Shown: positions 38,468-48,299 of the stretch, piece after piece | How the letters are laid out: each line of letters begins with the position of its first letter | Position numbering within the stretch: position 1 is the stretch's first letter | DNA from: Syntrophales bacterium | GTDB taxonomy: Bacteria > Desulfobacterota > Syntrophia > Syntrophales > UBA4778 | Assembly (NCBI GenBank): GCA_963665615.2 | Contig: CAXXQE010000007.1 | Coordinates: forward strand, 248,001 to 312,000 | Direction: 5' to 3' | Length of the DNA stretch: 64,000 nucleotides | The notes under the pieces: generated by a model | What the model saw: the letters and a program-made list of their open reading frames with translations, nothing else | The model's database searches: none | What the model was told of the DNA's origin: nothing | Translations under genes and position numbers: made by a program

Positions 38468-40366
38468 GTGATGGAGAGATTGATGAACAAGCGCTTTGAT
38501 AGAAACGTGTTGAAACACCAGCACTCAAAATTCTGGAGGCATGAGTTGGTCGATATCGACGAGCCTAATCTCCAAAAAGACGTCTTCCCCTATGACGAGG
38601 TGAGTCGGATCGATTTCGATTACAAGATGATCCCTATCAACCCGGCTGAAGACATCTTCATTACGGACACCACATTTCGCGACGGGCAACAGTCACGACC
38701 CCCCTATACGGTTCAACAGGTCGTGGAGCTCTTCAAAATGATCAGCCGACTGGGAGGCAAGACGGGCGTCATTCGTCAGAGCGAATTTTTCCTTTACAGC
38801 AACAGGGACCGGGAAGCTGTGGCAAAATGCCAGGAACTGGGACTACCCTTTCCACAGATTACCGGCTGGATTCGCTCCGCAAAGGAAGACGTGCCCCTCG
38901 TCAAGGCCGCCGGTCTTAAGGAAACAGGTATCCTGACCTCGGTATCGGATTACCATATTTTCCTCAAACTGAACCAGACGCGCAGACAGGTCATGGACAA
39001 CTATCTGGGCATCGTCAAGTCGATCCTGGATGCGGGAATCATACCGAGATGCCATTTTGAGGATATCACACGTGCGGATATCTATGGCTTTTGCATTCCC
39101 TTCGCTATTGAGCTAATGAAACTCCGCGAAGAAAGCGGCATCGATATCAAGATCCGCCTCTGCGACACGCTTGGCTACGGTGTGCCCTATCCCGGCGCCG
39201 CCATGCCCCGAAGCGTTGACAAGGTGGTGCGCGCCTTCATCGACGACGCGGCCGTACCGGGCAACCTTCTGGAATGGCACGGCCATAACGATTTCCACAA
39301 GGCGGTCATCAACGCGACGACAGCCTGGCTTTATGGCTGTAGCGGCGCAAACGGCACCATGCTCGGCATCGGTGAACGAACGGGCAATGCCGCCATTGAA
39401 GCACTCATTATTGAATATATCGCTTTAAAGGGCGAACACTTCGACATCGATACGACGGCTATCACCGATATCGCGCATTACTTTGAAAACGAGATCGGCG
39501 TCAAGATTCCCGCCAACCTGCCATTTGTCGGTGCCGACTTCAATGTAACGCGCGCTGGCATCCACCTGGACGGCCTCATTAAAAATGAGGAGATTTATAA
39601 CATCTTCGATACGACGAAAATTCTGAAACGCCCGATTACGCTCGATATTACCGACAAGTCCGGGAAAGCGGGCATTGCCCACTGGATCAATACCCACCTC
39701 GAACTGGAAGGAGACGACCAGGTAGATAAACGCCATCCGGGCATTTCCATGATCAGCAAGTTGATCATGAAGGCTTACGAAGACGGCCGCGTAACCAGCA
39801 TCTCCCATGAAGAGATGGAAAAACTTGTCCGCAAATATCTCCCCGAACTCTTCATGTCCGATCTGGAAAAGATCAAGTACAAGGCCGCTCAGGTTGCGAT
39901 TGCGGTTGTGGAGCAAGTGATCCAGAACCCCGATCTCATCTCGATGGATCCGGCCCGCCAGGAACCGATTATGCAGCAGGTCATCGACGAAAATCCCTCG
40001 ATCCAGTTTGCTTACGTCGTCGATCTGAACGGCAAGAAGACGACGAAGAATATCACGGCCATTGCAGATCGGGCCAAATACGAGAATTTCGGTATCGGAA
40101 CGGATTATTCGGATCGTGCTTGGTTCCTGGAGCCTCTCAAAACCGGGAAAATCCATGTTACTGATTTCTATATCTCCAAGATGACGGGCGCACTTTGCAT
40201 CACGGTTTCGGCGCCCATTATAGACGAAAAGGACGAGATGGTTGGTATCTTTGGCCTCGATATCAAATTCGAGGATTTCGCGAAGCGCCTAGAAGATATT
40301 GCCGAGGCGACGCACATTGCTCTCAAGGCGGAATACGAAACGAAAAAGAAGGCAGAAAAAAAATAG
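38468..40366 (+). CDS. DRE-TIM enzyme, probable Re-citrate synthase, with C-terminal Cache/PDC-like domain
   Basis: ITDTTFRDGQQ, SDYHIF.KL, RCHFEDITRAD, EWHGHNDF, GERTGN, TRAGIH.DG; C-terminal DYSDRAWF..P...G...VTDFYISKMTG..CITVSAPI. Confidence 0.75.
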   Translation: MMERLMNKRFDRNVLKHQHSKFWRHELVDIDEPNLQKDVFPYDEVSRIDFDYKMIPINPAEDIFITDTTFRDGQQSRPPYTVQQVVELFKMISRLGGKTGVIRQSEFFLYSNRDREAVAKCQELGLPFPQITGWIRSAKEDVPLVKAAGLKETGILTSVSDYHIFLKLNQTRRQVMDNYLGIVKSILDAGIIPRCHFEDITRADIYGFCIPFAIELMKLREESGIDIKIRLCDTLGYGVPYPGAAMPRSVDKVVRAFIDDAAVPGNLLEWHGHNDFHKAVINATTAWLYGCSGANGTMLGIGERTGNAAIEALIIEYIALKGEHFDIDTTAITDIAHYFENEIGVKIPANLPFVGADFNVTRAGIHLDGLIKNEEIYNIFDTTKILKRPITLDITDKSGKAGIAHWINTHLELEGDDQVDKRHPGISMISKLIMKAYEDGRVTSISHEEMEKLVRKYLPELFMSDLEKIKYKAAQVAIAVVEQVIQNPDLISMDPARQEPIMQQVIDENPSIQFAYVVDLNGKKTTKNITAIADRAKYENFGIGTDYSDRAWFLEPLKTGKIHVTDFYISKMTGALCITVSAPIIDEKDEMVGIFGLDIKFEDFAKRLEDIAEATHIALKAEYETKKKAEKK

Positions 40367-40393
40367 AAAACCTTAAAAAATGGATTCCGGCAT

Positions 40394-40433
40394 ATTGAAG
40401 CCGCACATGTTATTCGCATGCTGCGGCTTCAAT
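40394..40433. terminator. Hairpin between convergent rcs-like and helicase genes
   Basis: attgaagccgca ... tgcggcttcaat 12-bp inverted repeat. Confidence 0.55.
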
Positions 40434-40480
40434 TATTGATGGTGGCATGTGAAAGCATGAAGACGTACCGCATGCTCTGC

Positions 40481-42454
40481 TCAGTCTTCAACAAAAGTAT
40501 CCGACACCTGCCATTTCTCATAGGGACAGTCCAGGCGTTCGCCGCGCAAGGGGGCCAACTCCTGAATGAAACGGGACGGACTCAAAACCGTTGCGCCCTG
40601 TCCCCGTCCATAGTCCACGGCAGGATGACAAAAATAGAGTCGATCCTTCGCACGGGTCGTCGCGACATAGAAAAGGCGTCTTTCTTCTTCCAGTCCCCCC
40701 TCATCGCGCAGCGCCCTGGAGAGGGGCATCATACCTTCAGCACAGCCGATAATAAAAACCACTGACCATTCCAGCCCCTTGGCCTGATGCACGGTTGTCA
40801 TCACGATTTTTTCATCGCTAACAGAGTCGTTCGTCGTCTCATTTTCAGCAATGTTCGCAAAAAGTGCCAGCTCGCTCAGAAACTCATGCAAGCTCTGGAA
40901 CTTGGTCGCATAACCGGCAAGCTGATTCAGATCATCTTCCCTTGAAGCGTAATCCGAGTAGGACACCTGAAGATATCCACGATAACCGCCATCAAGAATG
41001 TAGCTGATCATACGTGCCGGAAATTCCTGATTCACCGGATCGCTCAGAATTTCCAGGAGCTTAACAAACCTTTCGAGACCGGGACGTGCCTTCTTGCTGC
41101 AGCGCTTCAGAAAAGCCTCGTCGGCCACCGCCCGCAACGGATCCATTTGCGAGGCAAGATAGGCCCAGAGTTTGTCGGCTGTAAGCTTTCCCACCCCTGG
41201 ATAGAGACCGAACACCCTTTTCCAGGCCGTTTCATCCTGCGGATTGGCAATGATTCGCATATAAGCCGCCGCGTCCTTGATATGAGCCTGGTCAAAAAAA
41301 CGAATTCCGGAACGAATCTCGAACGGAATGCCTCGACGGGTCAGTTCCATTTGAAGCTCCATCGAGTGATAATGGGCACGATACAACACAGCGATCTCAC
41401 GAAACGGAACCCCCTGGCGAAGGTGTTCGATAATGCGCTGAGAGACAAAATTCGCCTGCTGATTCACACTGCCTAACGGCACGACAACGGGCCGCGGTCC
41501 CGACTGACGAATGGATCGGAGTTCCTTCTGGAACTGAAGCTCATTATACTGGATGCTGCGATTCGCAAGGTTGAGAATCTCCGGCGTACTGCGATAGTTT
41601 GTCTGCAGTTTGAAGACCTTTACGTCGGGATATCGATCCGGAAACCGAAGAATGTTTTCGAAATCCGCACCCCGGAAGGAATATATGCTCTGGGAATCAT
41701 CGCCGACGGCCATCAAGCACCGATGATGCGATGCCAGCAGGTCGAGCAGCTCAGCCTGAATGAGATTTGTGTCCTGGTACTCATCGACCAGGATATGCCT
41801 GAATCTTTCCGCGTAACGCTGTCGCACGTCGTGATGTCCTCTGAGAAGATCGCGCCACTTGATCAGAAGATCGTCAAAATCCAACACATTGCTCTGACGC
41901 TTTCTTAGGGCGTAGTGGTTGGCAAGTTCGATGAAATGATCAGTCCAGTGGGCATGAGACGGATATTTTCGCCCGGTCACCAGGTCAATCGTATCGTTCG
42001 TGTTCAAGGCATAACTGATGATATCACGAACGACAGAGGGCTTCGGAAACCCATCCGCCTTCGGATCGATTTCCAGCTGCATGATGCAGGTATTGACGAT
42101 CTGGTTGGCATCCTCTTCATCGATGATCGCAAAGTTCCTCTCAATACCGATCAGATGTCCCTCACGCCGGAGAATCACATTGGCGATATGATGAAATGTC
42201 CCTCCCCATAGACGAGTTACATCCACGCCGGTTAACTTGGCTACGCGCGAGAGCATCTCACGGGCGGACTTGTTCGTAAACGTGGCCAGAAAGATGCACT
42301 CAGGCGGAACACCGGATTCAATCAGGCGCGCAACACGATAAGTCAGCGTACGCGTCTTGCCGCTGCCGGCCCCGGCAATGACGAGAATCGGGCCATCATC
42401 TGCCATCACAGCTTGATACTGTTCATTATTTAACTCTTTTGCATAATCGATCAT
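40481..42454 (-). CDS. UvrD/PcrA/Rep-family ATP-dependent DNA helicase
   Basis: AGAGSGKT, TFTNK, VDEYQDTN, VGDDSQSIYSFRGA, NYRS, TVHQAKGLEW, EERRLFYVATTRAK. Confidence 0.95.
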   Translation of the reverse strand: MIDYAKELNNEQYQAVMADDGPILVIAGAGSGKTRTLTYRVARLIESGVPPECIFLATFTNKSAREMLSRVAKLTGVDVTRLWGGTFHHIANVILRREGHLIGIERNFAIIDEEDANQIVNTCIMQLEIDPKADGFPKPSVVRDIISYALNTNDTIDLVTGRKYPSHAHWTDHFIELANHYALRKRQSNVLDFDDLLIKWRDLLRGHHDVRQRYAERFRHILVDEYQDTNLIQAELLDLLASHHRCLMAVGDDSQSIYSFRGADFENILRFPDRYPDVKVFKLQTNYRSTPEILNLANRSIQYNELQFQKELRSIRQSGPRPVVVPLGSVNQQANFVSQRIIEHLRQGVPFREIAVLYRAHYHSMELQMELTRRGIPFEIRSGIRFFDQAHIKDAAAYMRIIANPQDETAWKRVFGLYPGVGKLTADKLWAYLASQMDPLRAVADEAFLKRCSKKARPGLERFVKLLEILSDPVNQEFPARMISYILDGGYRGYLQVSYSDYASREDDLNQLAGYATKFQSLHEFLSELALFANIAENETTNDSVSDEKIVMTTVHQAKGLEWSVVFIIGCAEGMMPLSRALRDEGGLEEERRLFYVATTRAKDRLYFCHPAVDYGRGQGATVLSPSRFIQELAPLRGERLDCPYEKWQVSDTFVED

Positions 42455-42503
42455 AATAAAAAGTTTAGCGTTTCCGGTTTCGGGTTTCGAGTTAAAAACA
42501 CCT

Positions 42504-42556
42504 AAAAGGGGCGGCCCCGTAAAATTGCATCATCCTGCCTTTACGGGGCCGTCCTT
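42504..42556 (-). terminator. Terminator after adk
   Basis: aaggggcggccccgtaaa ... tttacggggccgtcctt. Confidence 0.65.
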
Positions 42557-42558
42557 CG

Positions 42559-43206
42559 TTAGTGTCCTAATGCTGCCTTAATGGCTTCAACGGTTTCGCT
42601 GCTGCTGACCGTCTTAAAGTTATTAAGTAAACCGGATGTTTCATAATACTGCGCCAAGGGGGCCGTCTTGGCGTTGTAGGTCTCCAGGCGATAGCTGATC
42701 GCCTCTTCTGTCTCATCGTCCCTCTGAATAACCGAACTACCGCACTTTAAACATTTGCCTTCCGGCGAGGCCGGTTTTGTCTTCACATTATAGATTTCCT
42801 GACAATCCGGATTCGAACAGGTTCGCCGCGTTGTCAATCGATCAAGAATGACCTCTTTCGGAACATCAAGGTTCACGACAAGGTCAAGCGCAATACCAAG
42901 TTTTTTCATCAAGTTGTCCAACGCCTCTGCCTGAGGAATCGTTCTGGGGAAGCCGTCAAGCAAAAATCCCTTCTCACAATCCTTTTCCTGAAGACGCGTC
43001 TCCATAATCCTCATAATCAACTCATCCGGCACGAGGTCCCCTCTGTCCATATACGACTTCGCCTCTTTACCGAGATCTGACCCTGCTCTGACAGCAGCCC
43101 GCAAGATATCTCCCGTGGAGATCTGAACCGAGCCGTCGTATTCCGTAAGCAGCTTCGCAATGGTGCCTTTGCCCGCTCCAGGCGCACCCAACAATATGAT
43201 TTTCAT
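42559..43206 (-). CDS. adk: Adenylate kinase (Cys4 zinc-type LID)
   Basis: LGAPGAGKGT, STGDILR, LLDGFPRT, C....C...C..C lid, QRDDET. Confidence 0.97.
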   Translation of the reverse strand: MKIILLGAPGAGKGTIAKLLTEYDGSVQISTGDILRAAVRAGSDLGKEAKSYMDRGDLVPDELIMRIMETRLQEKDCEKGFLLDGFPRTIPQAEALDNLMKKLGIALDLVVNLDVPKEVILDRLTTRRTCSNPDCQEIYNVKTKPASPEGKCLKCGSSVIQRDDETEEAISYRLETYNAKTAPLAQYYETSGLLNNFKTVSSSETVEAIKAALGH

Positions 43207-43420
43207 GATACCCTCCGTTAACCTTGAATTGATAATCTGATCAAGATATCTTATTGAACCATATGAGCTTCGCATAGCACCCACAATATGAGCGGGTCAA
43301 GCATGATTTGATTTGGCAATTGAACCTCGGCGTTTCACAGCAAATCAGATTGCAATCGGAGGGCAAAAAAATGACAGAATGAAAGAAAAGATATTAGGGA
43401 GAGCAAGCAAGTGCTGCCGT

Positions 43421-44422
43421 TCAGACAAAAAGCATAACAAATTTTTCAAACAAATCCCGCTGAAAATGGCTCATCATTTGATCGCGCATGACCTTCAATG
43501 AATCGAATGGATTGAGCCTTTCTTTATAGGGACGTTCAGAATGAAGGGCATCATAGACGTCTGCGATGGAACAGATGCGTGCATAGAGGTGAATGGCATC
43601 ACGTTTTAAACCATTTGGATAACCACTGCCGTCTGCCCTCTCATGATGCTCCATGACAATAATTTTACTTTCCTCATTCAGCTGTTTCGAATCAGCCAGA
43701 ATCTTGGCTCCCTCTATCGGATGCCGACGCACGATCTCCATTTCGTTTTCCGTCAACTTCCCAGGTTTATTAATGATTGTCGAATTGACACGGACCTTGC
43801 CAAGATCATGGAGAAAAAAACCGGCGCCCAATTCACGAATATTGTGATCCTGAGAGCCATTGAATATCTTCTTGGCCAGGAGAAGAGACAGAAAACCGAC
43901 ATTAACAGAATGTGTGTAAGTGTATAAATCGTGATTTGTGATATTTAGCAAACAGTGGGAGGTATCGTCCTCGGAAATGATACAATCCACCACCTTAAAT
44001 ATTCCCTTTTTTGCCTCCCGAATATTCTGCGCGGATGGATCCTGCAGAAGCCTCTGCATGAGCACAAGGGACGTTTTCTTTACGACAGCGGCCTTCTTCT
44101 CAGGCGCAATGCTCTTGCTCGTCATGACCTGTATCAATTCATGAGGCACAATATCCTGCGGCTTCCACTTCTTGGGTGGTCGGCTCTCATTGATCTCATC
44201 GGTCTTCCGGTCAGGGGACTGAAAATGACTCTTGGAGAAATCCACCTGGACACTCGTAACGCCGCATTTGGAAAGCTTTTCGATTTCTTTTTCGGAAGAT
44301 AGTCTGAATTGATTCTTTAAAAATGGGTGTTTAAACCAACTGGTCGGCAACACGATGTGCATGCCGATCCGGAGATCATTCACGGCTACATCCGATATAT
44401 GCTCTGAATCTAGCGTTTCCAC
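43421..44422 (-). CDS. HD-GYP domain protein (putative cyclic dinucleotide phosphodiesterase), DUF3391-like N-terminus
   Basis: HSVNV, LHDLGK, HHERADGSGYP, IADVYDAL...RPYK. Confidence 0.9.
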   Translation of the reverse strand: METLDSEHISDVAVNDLRIGMHIVLPTSWFKHPFLKNQFRLSSEKEIEKLSKCGVTSVQVDFSKSHFQSPDRKTDEINESRPPKKWKPQDIVPHELIQVMTSKSIAPEKKAAVVKKTSLVLMQRLLQDPSAQNIREAKKGIFKVVDCIISEDDTSHCLLNITNHDLYTYTHSVNVGFLSLLLAKKIFNGSQDHNIRELGAGFFLHDLGKVRVNSTIINKPGKLTENEMEIVRRHPIEGAKILADSKQLNEESKIIVMEHHERADGSGYPNGLKRDAIHLYARICSIADVYDALHSERPYKERLNPFDSLKVMRDQMMSHFQRDLFEKFVMLFV

Positions 44423-44613
44423 AAAAAATACCGTATGGTACTGTTACACCCGTCCCCAACAAATAGCCGTTAAGCAGTCCACCTTTTTTTTATTTACAAG
44501 ACATTCTTGGATGCATGCCATGCATCAACAAAGATGACATCCCGCCAGAAAGCCGATTGCCAGCACACTCGGGTGCACTTGATCGGCGTCCTTCATTTTT
44601 TTACCTGAGCTAT

Positions 44614-45132
44614 TTATGATGCAGAGGGCAAAGCCGCTAAATCTTCTGCATTCATGACTTTATCAATATCCAGAAGGATCTTGACGCCACCGCCTACCTT
44701 GGCCATTCCGAGAATAAAATTCGTGTTGACGTCAGTGCCAAAAGCGGGAGCGTTTTCGATCTCACCTCCTCGAATATTCAAAACCTCTGAAACGGTATCC
44801 ACAACGATGCCGATTCGAACATCTCCTGATTCGGATTTTATCTCTACGACGATAATGCAGGTTCTGTCTGTGTACTCCATCGGCTCCATTCCGAACTTGA
44901 GCCTCAGGTCAATTACGGGAATAACCTTCCCACGGAGATTGATAACTCCCTTTACGAATGGCGGCGTCTGAGGGATATTGGTAATCGTCATCATGCCGAT
45001 GATCTCTTTAATTTTCAGGATACCGATCCCGTATTCCTCACCTGCAAGAATGAACGTTAAGTACTTACCTTCCCTTTCGGACATTAACTTTACCGCTTGA
45101 TCCATGGTTGTTATGGCATCAGACTCCGACAT
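44614..45132 (-). CDS. cheW: Chemotaxis adaptor CheW
   Basis: YLTF, IKEII, FVKGVINLRGKVIPVIDLR, GIVVDTVSEV. Confidence 0.95.
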   Translation of the reverse strand: MSESDAITTMDQAVKLMSEREGKYLTFILAGEEYGIGILKIKEIIGMMTITNIPQTPPFVKGVINLRGKVIPVIDLRLKFGMEPMEYTDRTCIIVVEIKSESGDVRIGIVVDTVSEVLNIRGGEIENAPAFGTDVNTNFILGMAKVGGGVKILLDIDKVMNAEDLAALPSAS

Positions 45133-45196
45133 GAGGCCCCTCCTTTTTATGAAGTTGAAATGATAACGATAATACCCCTTCTAATGCATACCTAGC

Positions 45197-45224
45197 TAAT
45201 CGGCATCATCAATAGATTTCTTGA
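45197..45224 (-). promoter_or_regulatory. Putative sigma28 (FliA) promoter of cheW
   Basis: Minus strand TCAAG-15 nt-GCCGATTA upstream of a chemotaxis gene. Confidence 0.5.
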
Positions 45225-45301
45225 ATTCTTTAGCGAATCGGGAAAAAGCAGTTACCTTGGGAATCGGGGATCCGCCGGAGCTTGCTCCAAAGAGTCTTCA
45301 A
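45221..45301 (+). mobile_element. Repeat family R1 copy C (internal deletion of the left hairpin)
   Basis: ttgaattctttagcga^atcgggaaaaagcagttaccttgggaatcggggatccgccggagcttgctccaaagagtcttcaa. Confidence 0.8.
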
Positions 45302-45323
45302 TTCTTCTGTGAGCCAAAGCCTC

Positions 45324-45506
45324 GGGCATTCTGCTGTTTTGTTTCACGCTGGGAACACCGAAACAGATTCTTTGGGTTGTATTTTATTAGGATCTAGCGT
45401 TGGGTATTTATCAGGCGGGCGAATAATCTTCATTAAAGATAGGCGTTTTCTGGAACTTGCTCCGGAACGCTTTGAATCCGTTATAAGTATTTTTAGGGAA
45501 AAATGA
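45324..45506 (+). pseudogene. 5'-truncated DUF5675-like fragment (phage-associated family)
   Basis: GHSAVLFHAGNTETDSLGCILLG resembles the HxGN...D..GCILxG motif; no plausible start; next to the tRNA-Leu 3' end. Confidence 0.55.
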
Positions 45507-45526
45507 AAAATGACAACCAATAAACA

Positions 45527-45614
45527 TGGTGCCTGGGGTGGGAATCGAACCCACACAATCGCAAGGATCGAGGGATTTTAAGTCCCTTGCGTCTACCAAT
45601 TCCGCCACCCAGGC
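45527..45614 (-). tRNA. tRNA-Leu(TAA)
   Basis: GCCTGGG/CCCAGGC acceptor stem, CT-TAA-AA anticodon loop, long variable arm, GGTTCGATTCC, encoded CCA. Confidence 0.97.
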
Positions 45615-45776
45615 CAGTGATCGATCAGAAGGAGTTAAGAAGTATAGTATTTAAAAATTGCTGTCAAGATTTTATTGATAATTTGACGGTTTACAGATAA
45701 TGCATTTAGAAAAGTCCTGCTAATCAAGCGTCTCGGCCTTATGCTGGCGCGGCCGTCTCATATCGGAGTCCGACAC

Positions 45777-47123
45777 ATGAAGCATGCAGATTTGATTATT
45801 GCCGGAGGGACCATCCTGCCGATGACCGTCTCATCAGAATCCATTATTGACGGCGCCATTGCCATTACTGCCGATCGGATCTGCGACATCGGAGATCGGA
45901 CGACCCTGCTCAATACGTGGTCCGCTTCTGAAATCATTGATGCAACCGGTTGCGTCGTTATGCCCGGCCTGATCAACGGTCATACGCATGCCGCCATGAC
46001 TTGCTTCAGAGGACTCGCAGACGATTTGGGGCTGGAGGACTGGCTCCATCATTACATTTTCCCGGCAGAAGCCCGTCACGTTACTTGCGAATTCGTTTAT
46101 TGGGGCACTCTGCTGGCGTGTATCGAGATGATGCGGTCCGGAACCACCACTTTCTGCGACATGTATTTCTTTGAAGACGCCGCTGCGCAGGCAGCCACTA
46201 CAGCCGGGATGCGATGTCTCCTGGGTGGCGTGCTTATCGACTTCCCCTCGCCGAACACCAAGACCCCCGCAGAAGGACTGGCCTACACCCAATCGCTCAT
46301 CGAAAAATGGAACAACCATGACCTGGTTAACCTGGTTATTCAACCCCATTCTCTCTACACCTGCTCACCGGATCTGCTCATGAAAGGGAAAAAACTTGCA
46401 GATACTTACAATCTGCCCATGGGTGTTCACTACCTCGAAACGGCAGCCGAGTTCGCGCTGTTGCACACAAAATTTAAAGAAGGGCCGACGGCATTTCTGA
46501 AAGAGCGCGGCTTCTTGAGTGAACGATTCATCGCCTTTCATGGCGTTCATATGACGCCCCGCGATATCGAAATCTTCGCCGCCTCCGGCGCCTCGGTGAT
46601 CCACAACCCCGAAAGCAATATGAAATTGGCGTCGGGCGTCGCTCCCGTTCCTGCCATGCTCAATGCGGGCATGAATGTGGGGATCGGTACGGATGGCTGC
46701 GCCAGCAACAACAACCTGGACATGCTGCAGGAAATTGACACCACTGCCAAACTCCACAAAGTACAACTCCGCGATCCGACCGTTATGAAAGCCCATACGG
46801 TTCTTGATATGGCCACGCGCATGGGCGCGCACGCCCTTTGTTTGAATGGCGTCACCGGAGAGCTCCGCGTCGGACTGAAGGCTGATCTGATCATGATCGA
46901 CTTCAACAAACCCCATCTGACCCCCGTCTACAATGCCTTTTCTCACATCGTATATGCCGCCCAGGGAAGTGATGTCGATACCGTCATCATCAACGGTCGC
47001 GTGGTCATGCGAAACCGGCGTCTCTTGACCGTTGATGAGTACGAGGTAATGGCGAAAGTTAATGAACTCGCGGAAAAAATAAAGAAAAGCCTGAACCTTG
47101 GAATCGTGAAACACGAACAATGA
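45777..47123 (+). CDS. Amidohydrolase, MTA/SAH/5'-deoxyadenosine deaminase family (MtaD/DadD-like)
   Basis: PGLINGHTH, FRGLADD, GTTTFCDMYF, PHSLYT, HYLET, HNPESNMKLASG, GTDGCASNN. Confidence 0.85.
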   Translation: MKHADLIIAGGTILPMTVSSESIIDGAIAITADRICDIGDRTTLLNTWSASEIIDATGCVVMPGLINGHTHAAMTCFRGLADDLGLEDWLHHYIFPAEARHVTCEFVYWGTLLACIEMMRSGTTTFCDMYFFEDAAAQAATTAGMRCLLGGVLIDFPSPNTKTPAEGLAYTQSLIEKWNNHDLVNLVIQPHSLYTCSPDLLMKGKKLADTYNLPMGVHYLETAAEFALLHTKFKEGPTAFLKERGFLSERFIAFHGVHMTPRDIEIFAASGASVIHNPESNMKLASGVAPVPAMLNAGMNVGIGTDGCASNNNLDMLQEIDTTAKLHKVQLRDPTVMKAHTVLDMATRMGAHALCLNGVTGELRVGLKADLIMIDFNKPHLTPVYNAFSHIVYAAQGSDVDTVIINGRVVMRNRRLLTVDEYEVMAKVNELAEKIKKSLNLGIVKHEQ

Positions 47124-47340
47124 CGTATAATTTATGACCCCAAAAGAGATCCTCCATGAAAAAGTACGTCAGCCTTTCTGAACATTTCCCTTGCAATCCC
47201 ACCCCCCATCGAATAATCTTCGACTTTCATTTCGGCTTGTCCCGGTTTGTCGCAAACGGTGCCTGTGATTGCTGGACTGCTTCATTGAGCCCGTGTTGAA
47301 TACGCAGAAAAAATGAAATATCTTTTTGCAGGAGGATCAT

Positions 47341-47619
47341 ATGAATAAGTTCTGGGAAACTGTTGTGATTATCGTTATCTTTTTCATTATTGCCGCATTT
47401 TACTGGACCCGCTATCAGGTCGTAACCGCAAACTACGCCTATGCGCCGGCGTTCTACAAGATCGACAGGCTTACCGGTGAAACGACTCTGACCGTCGGCA
47501 AGGAATATGTCAATGTGGACCGGATCAACCCTAACAAGCTCGCCGAGACTGGCGGCAAAATAACTGCTGCTCCCAAACCGACGATACCTCAAGCCCAATC
47601 ACCGGCACCCGAGAAATAA
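47341..47619 (+). CDS. Small hypothetical membrane-anchored protein
   Basis: AGGAGG RBS, N-terminal TM, YKIDRLTGET motif, Pro-rich tail, followed by a terminator. Confidence 0.7.
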   Translation: MNKFWETVVIIVIFFIIAAFYWTRYQVVTANYAYAPAFYKIDRLTGETTLTVGKEYVNVDRINPNKLAETGGKITAAPKPTIPQAQSPAPEK

Positions 47620-47630
47620 TTTAACCGAAG

Positions 47631-47659
47631 CAAAAAGGGGGGCGCTGCCCCCCTTTTTG
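47631..47659. terminator. Bidirectional intrinsic terminator
   Basis: caaaaaggggggc-gct-gccccctttttg. Confidence 0.8.
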
Positions 47660-47769
47660 GTATTGTCCCTCACGCAGAATCTTACCTTGTGACCCCTCAA
47701 AATCGGAGACGGGAAAACTGCGGTTCCGCCGTTGACCGGCAACCACAGACCGATAGCCGGCATCCACTG

Positions 47770-48159
47770 TTACTTGCCGCAGATAGCCGATATCTCAATC
47801 GATGCATCCTTCGGCAGGCCGCTCACCTGCATCGTTTCACGCGCCGGCGGACGATCCGAAAAATACCGTCCGTAAACCTCGTTAAAACGGCCGAACAGTC
47901 CAAGATCCCTCAGGTAAACCGTCGTCTTGAGCACATGGCCAAGGGTCATACCGGCCGCCTCGACAATGGCCTTCAGATTGTCGAGAACCAGTGCGGTTTC
48001 AGATTCAATCGTGTCTTTAAGCAATTCACCCGTTTGTGGATTGATCGGGATGATACCCGATATAAACAGAAAGCCGCCGCACATCACAGCCTGCGAATAG
48101 GGGCCGATCGCCTTGGGAGCCAATGGCGTGCTGATTTGAATGATATTGGATACGTGCAT
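47770..48159 (-). CDS. RidA/YjgF family reactive intermediate deaminase
   Basis: APKAIGPYSQAV, KTTVYL, FNEVY, PPARE, LPKD..IEI. Confidence 0.9.
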   Translation of the reverse strand: MHVSNIIQISTPLAPKAIGPYSQAVMCGGFLFISGIIPINPQTGELLKDTIESETALVLDNLKAIVEAAGMTLGHVLKTTVYLRDLGLFGRFNEVYGRYFSDRPPARETMQVSGLPKDASIEISAICGK

Positions 48160-48267
48160 AACCTCTTCCCTCTCTTGTCCAAAGCTGACATAAATTCGCT
48201 GATATTAAGATCTAATCGTTTCCCCAATAAGTCGCTAATGATTCGAGCCTCATTTTTCAGTAGGAAT

Positions 48268-48299
48268 CTATGAGCTTCTTCAAATGAAGAGGCTCATAG
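48268..48299 (-). terminator. Hairpin at the glgP stop
   Basis: ctatgagcttcttc-aaat-gaagaggctcatag. Confidence 0.55.

Noticed and set aside
45344..45608. Minus-strand ORFs of 65-70 aa
   Set aside because: Translations across the tRNA-Leu gene; the same applies to 58326-58538 across tRNA-Arg
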